A stretch of DNA of 64,000 nt, from positions 619,133 to 683,132 of the forward strand of contig JADJJR010000001.1 of NCBI GenBank assembly GCA_016706425.1, given 5' to 3'. The position numbers and the translations under genes were made by a program. Under the pieces are notes generated by a model. The model worked only from the letters and a program-made list of their open reading frames with translations, did no database searches and was not told the DNA's origin. Shown here piece by piece: positions 9,618-18,469 of the stretch. Each line of letters begins with the position of its first letter. The first letter of the stretch is position 1. The DNA is from Elusimicrobiota bacterium. GTDB taxonomy: Bacteria; Elusimicrobiota; Elusimicrobia; FEN-1173.

Positions 9618-10337
9618 ATGAACGACCGGCCGGAAGACGCTTTCAAACGGATCAATTTCCAGAAGCCCTGGGAGGAAAAGGACTGGGAGCGGTACTTCGA
9701 CGCCCAGGACCGCCTCGCCCGGGGCCGTCGCGTCGACGCGGGCCCCGCCCGCGCGGGGATCGACCCGTCCCTGGCCTTCGGCCGGGTCCTGCGCCGTTTC
9801 GGCATGGATCCGGACAACCCCGACGTGCCGCCCCAACCCTTCGCCTACAGTCGGCTGGAACCTTCCGAAGAACCCTTGAACCTGCCGGGCATCAAATTCT
9901 GGCAACCCGGGGCCGACCAAGAGACCCTGCCCATCTATTGCCAGGCGAAATGCTACGCCTGGCGCGCCGCCTGGTTGGTGGAAAGCCGGTTCCCCGGCCT
10001 GTTTCACCGCGTTTACCGAAGCCCGTCGCACCGGTCCTTCCAGAAAGCGATGGAAAACTTTTTGCGGGAAGTCCCCGACGTGCCCCGGCAGATCGCCGCG
10101 GGCCACCGCCTGGGTTACGACCCCCACGGGGTGAAGGGCAACATCGTGCGCTGCCGCCGGGCTCTCGAAACGGCGGACCGGTTGGTGGGAATCCTGTCGC
10201 GCGTGTCCCGGCGACGCCTGCCGACGGCCGAATACGAAAAAATTTGGCGGGACACGACCCGGTTGCGGACCGCCCTGATCGATTGGATCGACCTCCTGCG
10301 CGCGCGCTTCGCCGGGCCGGGCGGACGGCGCGCGTGA
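9618..10337 (+). CDS. Hypothetical protein
   Basis: 239-aa ORF with coding-like composition. 4-nt overlap (GTGA) with downstream rmuC. No recognisable motifs. Confidence 0.45.
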   Translation: MNDRPEDAFKRINFQKPWEEKDWERYFDAQDRLARGRRVDAGPARAGIDPSLAFGRVLRRFGMDPDNPDVPPQPFAYSRLEPSEEPLNLPGIKFWQPGADQETLPIYCQAKCYAWRAAWLVESRFPGLFHRVYRSPSHRSFQKAMENFLREVPDVPRQIAAGHRLGYDPHGVKGNIVRCRRALETADRLVGILSRVSRRRLPTAEYEKIWRDTTRLRTALIDWIDLLRARFAGPGGRRA

Positions 10338-11425
10338 CCCCCGCCCTGGCCGCCGCGGTCGGCGCCTTGGCCGCGGCCTTGGTCGCGGTCGCGGTCTGGG
10401 CGCTGTGGGCCCGTCGCGGCGACCCGCCGGCCCTGGCGCTGCTGCGACAGCAAATCGACCTGCTCCGTCAACAATCCAGCGAAGCCGACCAGCACCACGC
10501 CCGCACCCTGGGCGAAACGCTGTCGCGCCTCGGGTCCGAGGTGAACCGCCAATTGGAGGCCGTTTCGCGGCAGGTCTTGGAAAGCCAAAAAACGGTCGGC
10601 GACCGTTTGGACAACGCGGCCCGGGTGGTGGGGGACGTGCAAAAAAATCTCGGGGCCTTGAGCGAGGCCAGCGAAAAGATTTTCGAAGTGGGCAAAGACA
10701 TCGCCGGGCTCCAAAACATCCTGCGCGCGCCCAAATTGCGCGGGGGGTTGGGGGAATTTTTCCTGGCCGATTTGTTGGGCCAGATCCTGCCCCCCGAGCA
10801 CGTGTCGTTCCAACACGCCTTCCGCTCCCGGGAAACCGTCGACGCCGTGGTCCGCGTCGGCGGGCGCCTCGTGCCGGTGGACGCGAAGTTCCCCCTGGAG
10901 AATTTCCGTAAAATGCTGGAGGCTTCCTCGGACGACGAGCGGGCGGCCCAGCGCCGCAAATTCGGCCAGGACGTGCGCAAGCACATCGACGCCATCGCCA
11001 CCAAATACATTCTCCCCGACGAAGGCACCTACGACTTCGCCCTGATGTACATCCCGGCCGAAAACGTCTATTACGAAAGCATCATCAAGGACGACGCCGA
11101 CGGCGCCTTGCTTGAATACGCCCTGAAGCGCCGGGTGGTGCCGGTTTCCCCCGGGAGCTTCTACGCTTACCTGCAGGCCATCGTCCTCGGCCTGCGCGGC
11201 TTCCAGATCGAGGAAAACGCCCGCCGCATCATGGAAGACCTGGCCCGCCTGCGCGGGGATTTTGCCCGGTTCGCCGAGGATTTCGACACCCTCGGCAAGC
11301 ATTTGGCCAACGCCAAAACCAAGCACGACGACGCCGGCCGGCGGTTGGAACGTTTTCAAGACAAACTGGAAAACGTCCACGAACCGGCCGCGGACCCCCT
11401 CCTCCCCCCCAAAACCGCTGTCTAA
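10334..11425 (+). CDS. rmuC: DNA recombination protein RmuC
   Basis: N-terminal TM helix plus long coiled coil. C-terminal RmuC nuclease-like region (KYILPDEGTYDFALMYIPAENVYYE...VVPVSPGSFYAYLQ). Confidence 0.8.
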   Translation: MTPALAAAVGALAAALVAVAVWALWARRGDPPALALLRQQIDLLRQQSSEADQHHARTLGETLSRLGSEVNRQLEAVSRQVLESQKTVGDRLDNAARVVGDVQKNLGALSEASEKIFEVGKDIAGLQNILRAPKLRGGLGEFFLADLLGQILPPEHVSFQHAFRSRETVDAVVRVGGRLVPVDAKFPLENFRKMLEASSDDERAAQRRKFGQDVRKHIDAIATKYILPDEGTYDFALMYIPAENVYYESIIKDDADGALLEYALKRRVVPVSPGSFYAYLQAIVLGLRGFQIEENARRIMEDLARLRGDFARFAEDFDTLGKHLANAKTKHDDAGRRLERFQDKLENVHEPAADPLLPPKTAV

Positions 11426-11542
11426 CCCCGTTGGTCATTTTGATGCAACCTCTTTACTAAAAGGCGTTGACCCGCTTTTCAACTTGGGGCAGACTTAACA
11501 AAAGGGGTCAATGACCCGTTCGTCCGTTGTTAGGGGGGCACC

Positions 11543-14500
11543 ATGTTCGAAATGAATCGCCGCGCCAAAACATCGTTTTTTATTTTGTTGTCGGTTCTCG
11601 TGGCCGGGGCCGCGGGAGCCCTGGAATCGGCGGGGCACGGGTTGGGATTGCGCCCCCCGACTCCCGAGCAACGGGATTGGGAAAAGAAGAACATGATCGT
11701 GGCCCGTTCCGTTCGATTGAACGCTCGGGGCCTGGCCCGCGTGAACGCCCACCGCGCGGCGATGGGGCTCTCGACCCTGGGCGCCGCCGCGGCCAATATG
11801 GCCCCCCTGGGGGAAGAGGTCACGGGGGTTGTGGAGGAGGATTGGACCGGGGATTCCGTGGTTTCGGCCGCCGCGTCGGCCGCCGCCCTGCCGCGCTCCG
11901 TCGACAACAGCACCCTCAAATATTTCCCGCCGATCCGCAGCCAGGGCGGCATCGGGTCCTGCGCCCAATGGGCGGGGATGTATTATTGCTTCACCCACAT
12001 GGCGGCCATGTTGCGCGACCAGGACGCGAAGGCCGGCGGCGACACGCTCCGCTTTTCCCCCAAGTACACCTACAATTTGGTGAACGGCGGCTCCGATTTG
12101 GGGTCCTGGTACACCGACGGATGGAACGTCGCCAAAAAGCACGGGGCCGCCACCTGGGCCGCGTGGCCTTACGATTCCAACTTCCGCGCCTGGCCGCTGA
12201 CCGCGGCGATCTGGCGCAACGCCCTCGCCCACAAAACCGACACGACGGGCTGGGTGAGCGCCATCGACACAACCGCCGGGCTGGACCAGTTGAAAACGAT
12301 GTTGGTCAACGGCTACGTCTTGGCGTTGGCGACCTACGTGAACTCCTGGCAATTTAAGACGGCGGGCGACGACCCCGCCACGACGGCCGACAACGCTTTT
12401 GTCGGCAAGGCCGTGGCCCACTGGGTGAACGGCACGGCGGGCGCCCACGCCATGACCATCGTCGGTTACAACGACGACATCTGGGTCGACATCAACAGCA
12501 ACGGCACCGTCGAGGCCGGGGAAAAAGGCGCCCTGCGCATCGCCAACTCCTGGGGCACCGGATACCGGGAAGCGGGTTTCACGTGGCTGGCCTACGATTC
12601 GTTGAAAACCGTGTCGGGGGTGACGGGGGCGCCCTCGGCGGGGCGCCGGCAATCCATTTGGAGCGCCCAGGTGGCCTGGGTCCTGCCCAAGGCCAGTTAC
12701 ACGCCCAAAGCCCTGGCCCAATTCACCCTCAACAGCGCCACGCGCAACCAACTGTACGTGAGCCTGGGGATTTCGGACACCGGCCAGACCGCCCCGACGA
12801 CTCTTTGGACGCCGAACACGCTCCTGTATTTCGCGGGCGGGCCGTACGCCTTCGACGGCACGACGACGGCGGTCGACGGAACATTTGTCCTTGATTTCAC
12901 CGACTTGGCGCCGGCCTACGGCGTGCCCAAACGGTACTACCTGCGCGTCAGCGACAGCACGACGGGCGGGCCCGTGAACGTCAACGCCTTCAAATGGATC
13001 AACGCCCCGGACAACGCCGAGGTGGTCCGCGCCGGCCTGCCGGCGGCGCTGGACGGTCAAACGGGGACCTACGACGTCATCGCGACGGTTTCCACCGGCG
13101 GCGGGGGCACGCCCCCGACCCTGTCCGACATCACCGACCGCTCGATCGCCGAGGACGGCACCACCGGGGCCCTCTCCTTCACGGTGGGAGACGCCGAAAG
13201 CCCGGCTTCCGATTTGTCCGTGACCGCGGCGTCCAACAACGCGACGCTTTTGCCGGCCGGGTCTCTGGCGGTGGGCGGCACGGGCGCCGCGCGGACATTG
13301 ACGGTGACGCCGGCCGCGAACCAATTTGGGACGGCGACGATCACCGTCACCGTGACGGACCCCTCGGCCCGAACCGCCCAGGACACCTTCGTCCTCACGG
13401 TCAATGCCGTCAACGACCGGCCGGTGGCGAGCCCGCAGTCTCTGGTCGCCACGCAAGGGGTCGGCAAGGCCTTCGTTTTGAGCGGCACGGACGTGGAGAA
13501 CTCGCCCCTGTCCTACGCCGTCACGGGGGGGCCCGCCCAGGGGACGCTGACGGGCGCCGCGCCCAATTTGACGTACACGCCGGGCGCGGCTTACACCGGG
13601 GCGGACGCGGTTTACTTCACCGTCTCGGACGGCGCCTTGACGAGCGCCGTTTCGACGGTGTCGTTCACGGTCATTCCGCCGGACGCCACGCCCCCCTCGG
13701 TGTCCTTCACCGCCCCGGCCGACGGGGCCACCGTCAGCGGGACCGTCGCCGTCACGGCGACGGCCGCGGACGCCAACGGCGTGAGCCGGGTGGTCTTCTT
13801 TGTGAACGGGGTGTCGGCGTCCACGGACACCACGGCCCCTTATCGGTTCGATTGGGACACCACACGCGATCCCGTCGGCCTGACCGCTTTGGGAGCCTTG
13901 GCTTTTGATTTGGCGGGCAACTCGGCCCTCGCCACCCGCCAAGTCACGGTGGGGGAAGGCGGCGGCGGTTTCTTTGTGACGCCGACGGCGCTGTCTTTTG
14001 AAGGGGTTCAAGGATCGACCAATCCGCCGCCGTCGCCCGTGTCGGTGTCGGTGACGGGCGGCCAACCGATCGGCGGCGGCGGGTGGACGGCATCTCCCTC
14101 GGTGACCTGGCTGGCCGTGAGCCCGTCCTCCGGCACGGGGTCGGGGGTCTTTTCCGTTTCCGCCAACCTCGGGGGGTTGGGGGTGGGCACCCACAACGGG
14201 TCGGTGATTGTTTCCGACGGGATGACCGGCGGCCAGTCCGTGGCCGTGACGCTGATCGTGATCGCCTCCAACGACGTGATGCCGCCCACGGTGCCCACCG
14301 GTTTGTCCGGCGTGTTGACCGGGACAACCACCGTCGCCCTGTCCTGGAACGCTTCCACCGACATCGGCGGGACGGGCCTCTTCGGTTATCGCGTTTACCG
14401 CAACGACGCTTTGTTGGCGGAGCCCACCGGACGCACCCTTTCGGACACGGCGGTCGTCCGGGGCGGCCGCTACCGCTACCAGGTGTCGGCCTTGGACCGG

Positions 14501-14848
14501 GCGGGGAACGAGTCCGCCCGGAGCGCGGCCGTCGTCGTTGATGTGCCGGCGGCGCCCGTGGTGGAAGTTTTCGGGTTTCCGAACCCGGCGGTGGACGGGG
14601 CCGCTCCCACGATCCGGGCCGTCCTGGGAACGGTGGACTCATTTGAAATCGCCGTCTACGACACCGCGGGCCGCCTGGTCCACACCGACCGCCGCGCCGG
14701 TCCTCCCAACGGCCAGGTCGGGGGTCTGGCCTTTTACGATTACGTCTGGTCGGGGGACATCCCCAGTGGTCTCTACCGCGTGGTGGTCACGGGCCACGGC
14801 GCCGGGGGGACCGTGCGGGTCAAAACCCAGGTGACGATCGTTCGATGA
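11543..14848 (+). CDS. Secreted papain-like (C1) cysteine peptidase with cadherin/Ig-like repeats, FN3 domain and T9SS/FlgD-like C-terminal sorting domain
   Basis: Signal peptide. C1 motifs SQGGIGSCAQWA (Gln/Cys), GAHAMTIVGYND (His), ANSWGTGYREAGF (Asn-Ser-Trp). Repeated VNDRP... and Ig-like units. FN3 (ALSWNASTD...YRYQVSALDRAGNES). C-terminus FGFPNP...GLYRVVV...VKTQVTIVR. Confidence 0.8.
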   Translation: MFEMNRRAKTSFFILLSVLVAGAAGALESAGHGLGLRPPTPEQRDWEKKNMIVARSVRLNARGLARVNAHRAAMGLSTLGAAAANMAPLGEEVTGVVEEDWTGDSVVSAAASAAALPRSVDNSTLKYFPPIRSQGGIGSCAQWAGMYYCFTHMAAMLRDQDAKAGGDTLRFSPKYTYNLVNGGSDLGSWYTDGWNVAKKHGAATWAAWPYDSNFRAWPLTAAIWRNALAHKTDTTGWVSAIDTTAGLDQLKTMLVNGYVLALATYVNSWQFKTAGDDPATTADNAFVGKAVAHWVNGTAGAHAMTIVGYNDDIWVDINSNGTVEAGEKGALRIANSWGTGYREAGFTWLAYDSLKTVSGVTGAPSAGRRQSIWSAQVAWVLPKASYTPKALAQFTLNSATRNQLYVSLGISDTGQTAPTTLWTPNTLLYFAGGPYAFDGTTTAVDGTFVLDFTDLAPAYGVPKRYYLRVSDSTTGGPVNVNAFKWINAPDNAEVVRAGLPAALDGQTGTYDVIATVSTGGGGTPPTLSDITDRSIAEDGTTGALSFTVGDAESPASDLSVTAASNNATLLPAGSLAVGGTGAARTLTVTPAANQFGTATITVTVTDPSARTAQDTFVLTVNAVNDRPVASPQSLVATQGVGKAFVLSGTDVENSPLSYAVTGGPAQGTLTGAAPNLTYTPGAAYTGADAVYFTVSDGALTSAVSTVSFTVIPPDATPPSVSFTAPADGATVSGTVAVTATAADANGVSRVVFFVNGVSASTDTTAPYRFDWDTTRDPVGLTALGALAFDLAGNSALATRQVTVGEGGGGFFVTPTALSFEGVQGSTNPPPSPVSVSVTGGQPIGGGGWTASPSVTWLAVSPSSGTGSGVFSVSANLGGLGVGTHNGSVIVSDGMTGGQSVAVTLIVIASNDVMPPTVPTGLSGVLTGTTTVALSWNASTDIGGTGLFGYRVYRNDALLAEPTGRTLSDTAVVRGGRYRYQVSALDRAGNESARSAAVVVDVPAAPVVEVFGFPNPAVDGAAPTIRAVLGTVDSFEIAVYDTAGRLVHTDRRAGPPNGQVGGLAFYDYVWSGDIPSGLYRVVVTGHGAGGTVRVKTQVTIVR

Positions 14849-15963
14849 GACTCTGGCCCGCGGCGCTTCTCTCGAGCCTCTCGGTGGGGCTCGCGGCCGT
14901 CGAGCCGGGGGCGCCGTTTTTGGCGGTGCCCCCCTCCGCCCGGGTGGAGGCCACGGGAGGCCTTTGGGCGTTCGCCGGGGGGATGGAAACCCTGTCCGTC
15001 AACCCCGCCCTTTTGGGCGTGGACAAAAGTCCCTGGCAATTTTATTCCAGCGCCGGGCAATGGGGCGAGGACGTGCAAACGGCCCACGCGGCGCTCGGGC
15101 GCGCGCACGCGCGAAGGCCCTGGGGCGTGGCGGTGACGCACCTGCGCAGCGACGGCGGCGGGGCGCGGGACGCCCTGGGCGGCGGGTCCGGCGCTTCCGT
15201 GGGTGTCCAGGACACGGCCTTGAGCGTGGGCGCAGCGCGCTCGCCGAACGGCCGCTTCGCCTTCGGGGCGGCGGCCAAGGTGTTTCAATCCAAATTGGGT
15301 TCCTACCGAAGCGACCCCGGGTGGGCGGTGGATCTGGGGGCGGCCTGGCGGGGCGACGCCGTGACGGCCGGCTTCGCCTGGCGAAACGCCGGGCCCGGCG
15401 TGCGTTTCGTCCGCCAGCGGGACCCCCTGCCCCAAACCGTCGACGCGCAACTCGCGTGGCGGCGCGGTCCCGTGACGTTGGCCGCGGGCGGACAATGGGA
15501 CGTGCCGCGTCGAGAATCCCGGATTTTGGCCGGCGGGGAGGCCCAGCTCGGCGCGCTCTCTTTTCGCGGCGGCTACGCGGTCTTGGAAGGGGATTCGTCC
15601 GACACGGAAGGTTTTGAGCGGGCCTCCCTCGGGTTCGGCCTGGCTTTGCCCAATCGGCTTCAGTTGGATTACGCCCTGCGCCCCGGGGGGGACGCTTTCG
15701 GCGCGTTCCACCGCCTGGCGCTGACCTGGACCTGGGGGGAGAAGAAGCCCAAGAAACCGACGGCGCCGGCGGCCCGTCCGTCCAGCGTTTTCAAAAAAGC
15801 GCCGGTCAAACAGGCCCCTAAAACCGTTCCGACGCCACCGAAGGTCGCCCCAAAAGCCGCTCCTGAAAAAAAGGCAAAGCCGGCGGCCAAGGAAAAGCCG
15901 GTCGCGCCCGAAAAGCCCAAACGCCCCCGCATCGGCGAGGGCGGGTACCGATTGGGCGGTTGA
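14845..15963 (+). CDS. Putative outer-membrane beta-barrel protein coupled to the upstream CTD cargo (PorP/SprF- or PorV-like partner?), Lys/Pro-rich C-terminal tail
   Basis: ATG overlaps the cargo stop (ATGA). Signal peptide. Alternating aromatic/Gly beta-strand-like pattern. N-terminal motif shared with the partial ORF at 63508. C-terminal KKPKKPTAPAARP...PEKKAKPAAKEKP tail. Confidence 0.45.
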   Translation: MRLWPAALLSSLSVGLAAVEPGAPFLAVPPSARVEATGGLWAFAGGMETLSVNPALLGVDKSPWQFYSSAGQWGEDVQTAHAALGRAHARRPWGVAVTHLRSDGGGARDALGGGSGASVGVQDTALSVGAARSPNGRFAFGAAAKVFQSKLGSYRSDPGWAVDLGAAWRGDAVTAGFAWRNAGPGVRFVRQRDPLPQTVDAQLAWRRGPVTLAAGGQWDVPRRESRILAGGEAQLGALSFRGGYAVLEGDSSDTEGFERASLGFGLALPNRLQLDYALRPGGDAFGAFHRLALTWTWGEKKPKKPTAPAARPSSVFKKAPVKQAPKTVPTPPKVAPKAAPEKKAKPAAKEKPVAPEKPKRPRIGEGGYRLGG

Positions 15964-16021
15964 GAGTGGCGCCGAATCGATTCCACCGCCCGCGCACATC
16001 CCTGACCCCGAGGACGACACC

Positions 16022-17637
16022 ATGAGCCTTCCTTCCGAGTTGATGAACGAAATGACCGCGGCGCTGGGCCCCGACAACGCGGTCTGGGCGCCCGCCGCCG
16101 TTGAAGAGCGCACGCGTTCCTGCCTGCCCCAGAGCCACATTCCCGACGGGGTGGTGACCCCCCGCACGCTGGAGGAGGTGCGCGCGGTTTTGGCCGCGGC
16201 GCGCAAACACAACGTGCCGGTCTGGACCATCAGCACGGGAAAAAACTGGGGCTACGGGGAAAAGGCGGCCCCCTACGCCGGCGGCCTGACAATGGAATTG
16301 TCGCGCATGAACCGAATTCTGGAGGTGAACGAAAGGTTGGGGTACGCCGTGATCGAGCCCGGCGTGACCTACGCGCAGTTGCACGACCATCTGCGGGTCC
16401 ACGCGCCCTCGCTGTGGACGGATTCGTCGGGAAGCACCAAGGACGCGAGCGTGATCGGCAACGCGCTGGACAAGGGCCGGGGGTTGACGCCCTACGCCGA
16501 CCACTTCGGCGCGCTCTGCGGCCTGGAGGTGGTGTTGGCCGATGGGCGCGTGGTGCGCACGGGCGGCGGGCCCGACAACAACCGGTGTTGGACCTGTACA
16601 AATGGGGCGTGGGCCCCTACCTGGACGGCCTCTTCGCCCAATCCAACCTGGGGGTGGTGGTGAAGGCCGGGGTGTGGCTCATGCCGGCCCCCGAGCGCTA
16701 CGATTTCATGGCCTTCGAGTACACCGCGGGGGCGGACCGTTTTCCGGCGTTCATCGAGGATTTCCGGTCGCTGATCTTCCAGAACGCCATCCGCTCGCGG
16801 CCGCACCTGGCCAACGATTTCGCGATGCTGTGCATCGTGTCCCAATACCCGCACGACTTGGCCGCGGGGCAACGCACGCTGTCCCCGGAGGCCATGGCGG
16901 CCTGGCGGAAAAAGTTCGGGGTGTCCGCCTGGACGTTCGGCTGCGGGGTTTACGGGAGCCGCGGGGAGGTCGCCCACCAGAAAAAACGCATTAAGAAAAC
17001 CTTCGCCCGCTACGGGGTGACGCGTTTCATCGGGTCCTACGTGAATCAAGGCCGGTGGGGGCGCCTTTACCGATGGGCGGTGCACACGGGCATGCGCTGG
17101 ATGGGAAAATCCCCCGAATTGATTGAGGCGATCTGGCCGGCGATCAACCTGTTTCGTGGCGTTCCCACGGACCAATACGCCAAGCAGGTGTATTTCAAGC
17201 ATTACGACCGGAAGCCGACGGACACCATCGACCCGGCGCGGGACGGGTGCGGTTTCATTTGGATCGGCCCCGTGGTGCCCTTCACGGGGGAAGACGCGGC
17301 CCGGGCCATGGACCTCGCCCGCCCGGTCTTTGCGAAGCACGGGTTCGACGTGTTCATCGAACTGATCGTGGAAAGCCCCCGGGCGTTGATCGCGCTGTTT
17401 GGCGTTTTTTACGACAAGAAAAGCGCGGAGGAACGCGCGCGCGGCGCGGCCTGGTACAAGGACATGCGGGAGGCCTTTTTGGACGCGGGGTACCCGCCCT
17501 ACCGCGTGGGCACCGGCAGCCAGCCCGGCGCCTTCGATCGGACGCCCGTGTTGCGGGACGTCGTCCATCGGATAAAAAAGAGCCTCGACCCCGACAACAT
17601 CCTGGCTCCCGGCCGCTACGGCACACCCCCTCGCTGA
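16022..17637 (+). pseudogene. FAD-binding oxidoreductase (PCMH-type FAD domain, vanillyl-alcohol oxidase/4-cresol dehydrogenase family) split by a frameshift near 16565-16575
   Basis: N-terminal half in frame 2 (16022..16663, PCMH FAD-binding domain). C-terminal half in frame 1 (ORF from 16414 to 17637). The junction ...TGGGPDNN / ...VLDLYKWGVGPYLDG lies at a GGG/CCC run. Confidence 0.6.
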
Positions 17638-17656
17638 ATGGACGGTGGTCGGGAGC

Positions 17657-18154
17657 TTAGAAGCGGGACCAGGTTGTTCCCCGGCTGTCGCGGTGGGTGC
17701 AGTTGATGAAAAATCGGCCGCCGGTGTACGGGGGATTTGTAGGGAAAAGGCGGTAGCCAAAACCGCCCGTATCAAGCATGCCCGCGGGAAAATAGCTAAG
17801 GGGTTGCGCCCCGATGTAAGATACGAAACTCAACGGGTCGGTCGAGTCGTGAGGGAGGGTCCGAACTGAAATGGGGGTCATGTTGTAACCCCCGCTGATG
17901 GGTGAAAGGTATTTGCCGACGAGATGGGTTGGGTGGCTTGGGTAAAACCCTTCGGTGTCGGCGTAGTACAAACCGAGCGCAGAACGATAGGTTCCCAGGA
18001 GGGCGAGGTTTTTTGCTTCCCGGGCCCGAACCAGCATATCGCCGAATTTGGGAATGGCGATGGCCGCCAATAGGCCGAGGATGGCCACGACGAGCATCAG
18101 CTCAATCAAGGTGAACCCCGGGGGCGGGTATCGATGGGAAAGTTTTCGCCTCAC
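17657..18154 (-). CDS. Type IV pilin / pseudopilin (prepilin N-terminal cleavage-methylation domain)
   Basis: [13 protein letters not shown]|[22 protein letters not shown]: leader ending in Gly, Phe+1, Glu+5, hydrophobic helix. No other pilus genes nearby. Confidence 0.75.
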   Translation of the reverse strand: MRRKLSHRYPPPGFTLIELMLVVAILGLLAAIAIPKFGDMLVRAREAKNLALLGTYRSALGLYYADTEGFYPSHPTHLVGKYLSPISGGYNMTPISVRTLPHDSTDPLSFVSYIGAQPLSYFPAGMLDTGGFGYRLFPTNPPYTGGRFFINCTHRDSRGTTWSRF

Positions 18155-18198
18155 CTATAATTGTGCACCGCCCCGCGGGTGAATTCAAGGATAAGGAT

Positions 18199-18226
18199 TT
18201 GACTTTTCCCAACGATTTGATACAAT
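18199..18226 (+). promoter_or_regulatory. Near-consensus sigma70 promoter (TTGACT-N16-TACAAT)
   Basis: TTGACT at 18199-18204, TACAAT at 18221-18226, in an AT-rich intergenic region ~240 bp upstream of the giant ORF. Confidence 0.45.
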
Positions 18227-18265
18227 CAAGAAAGCACACAGTCGTGCGAAAGCAATGACAACGAC

Positions 18266-18303
18266 GTCCCACTCGGCCTCGGGCCCGGTGGGACTTTTTA
18301 TTT
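18266..18303 (+). terminator. Intrinsic terminator-like hairpin (GTCCCAC...GTGGGAC + TTTTTATTT) between the promoter and the giant ORF
   Basis: 7-bp GC-rich stem with 15-nt loop followed by a U-run on the + strand only. Confidence 0.4.
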
Positions 18304-18469
18304 AGGCCGAAAGGCCGGGGGGAGGACGGGAGGCCTCCCCCCACACCCCGCTCCCGCGGATGTCACCGCCGGGGCCGGGCCGCCGCGGCGGCCCAACGAC
18401 GAAGGCGTCTTGCGCGTGAAACCGCGCGGGACGCCTTTTTTGCTTTGTGGGGCAACAAAGGAGACGGAC

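Noticed and set aside
11495-14194. 899-aa minus-strand ORF antisense to the protease/Ig-repeat gene
   Set aside because: Same GC-driven artefact (R/G/P-rich). The sense strand has C1 peptidase and FN3 motifs.
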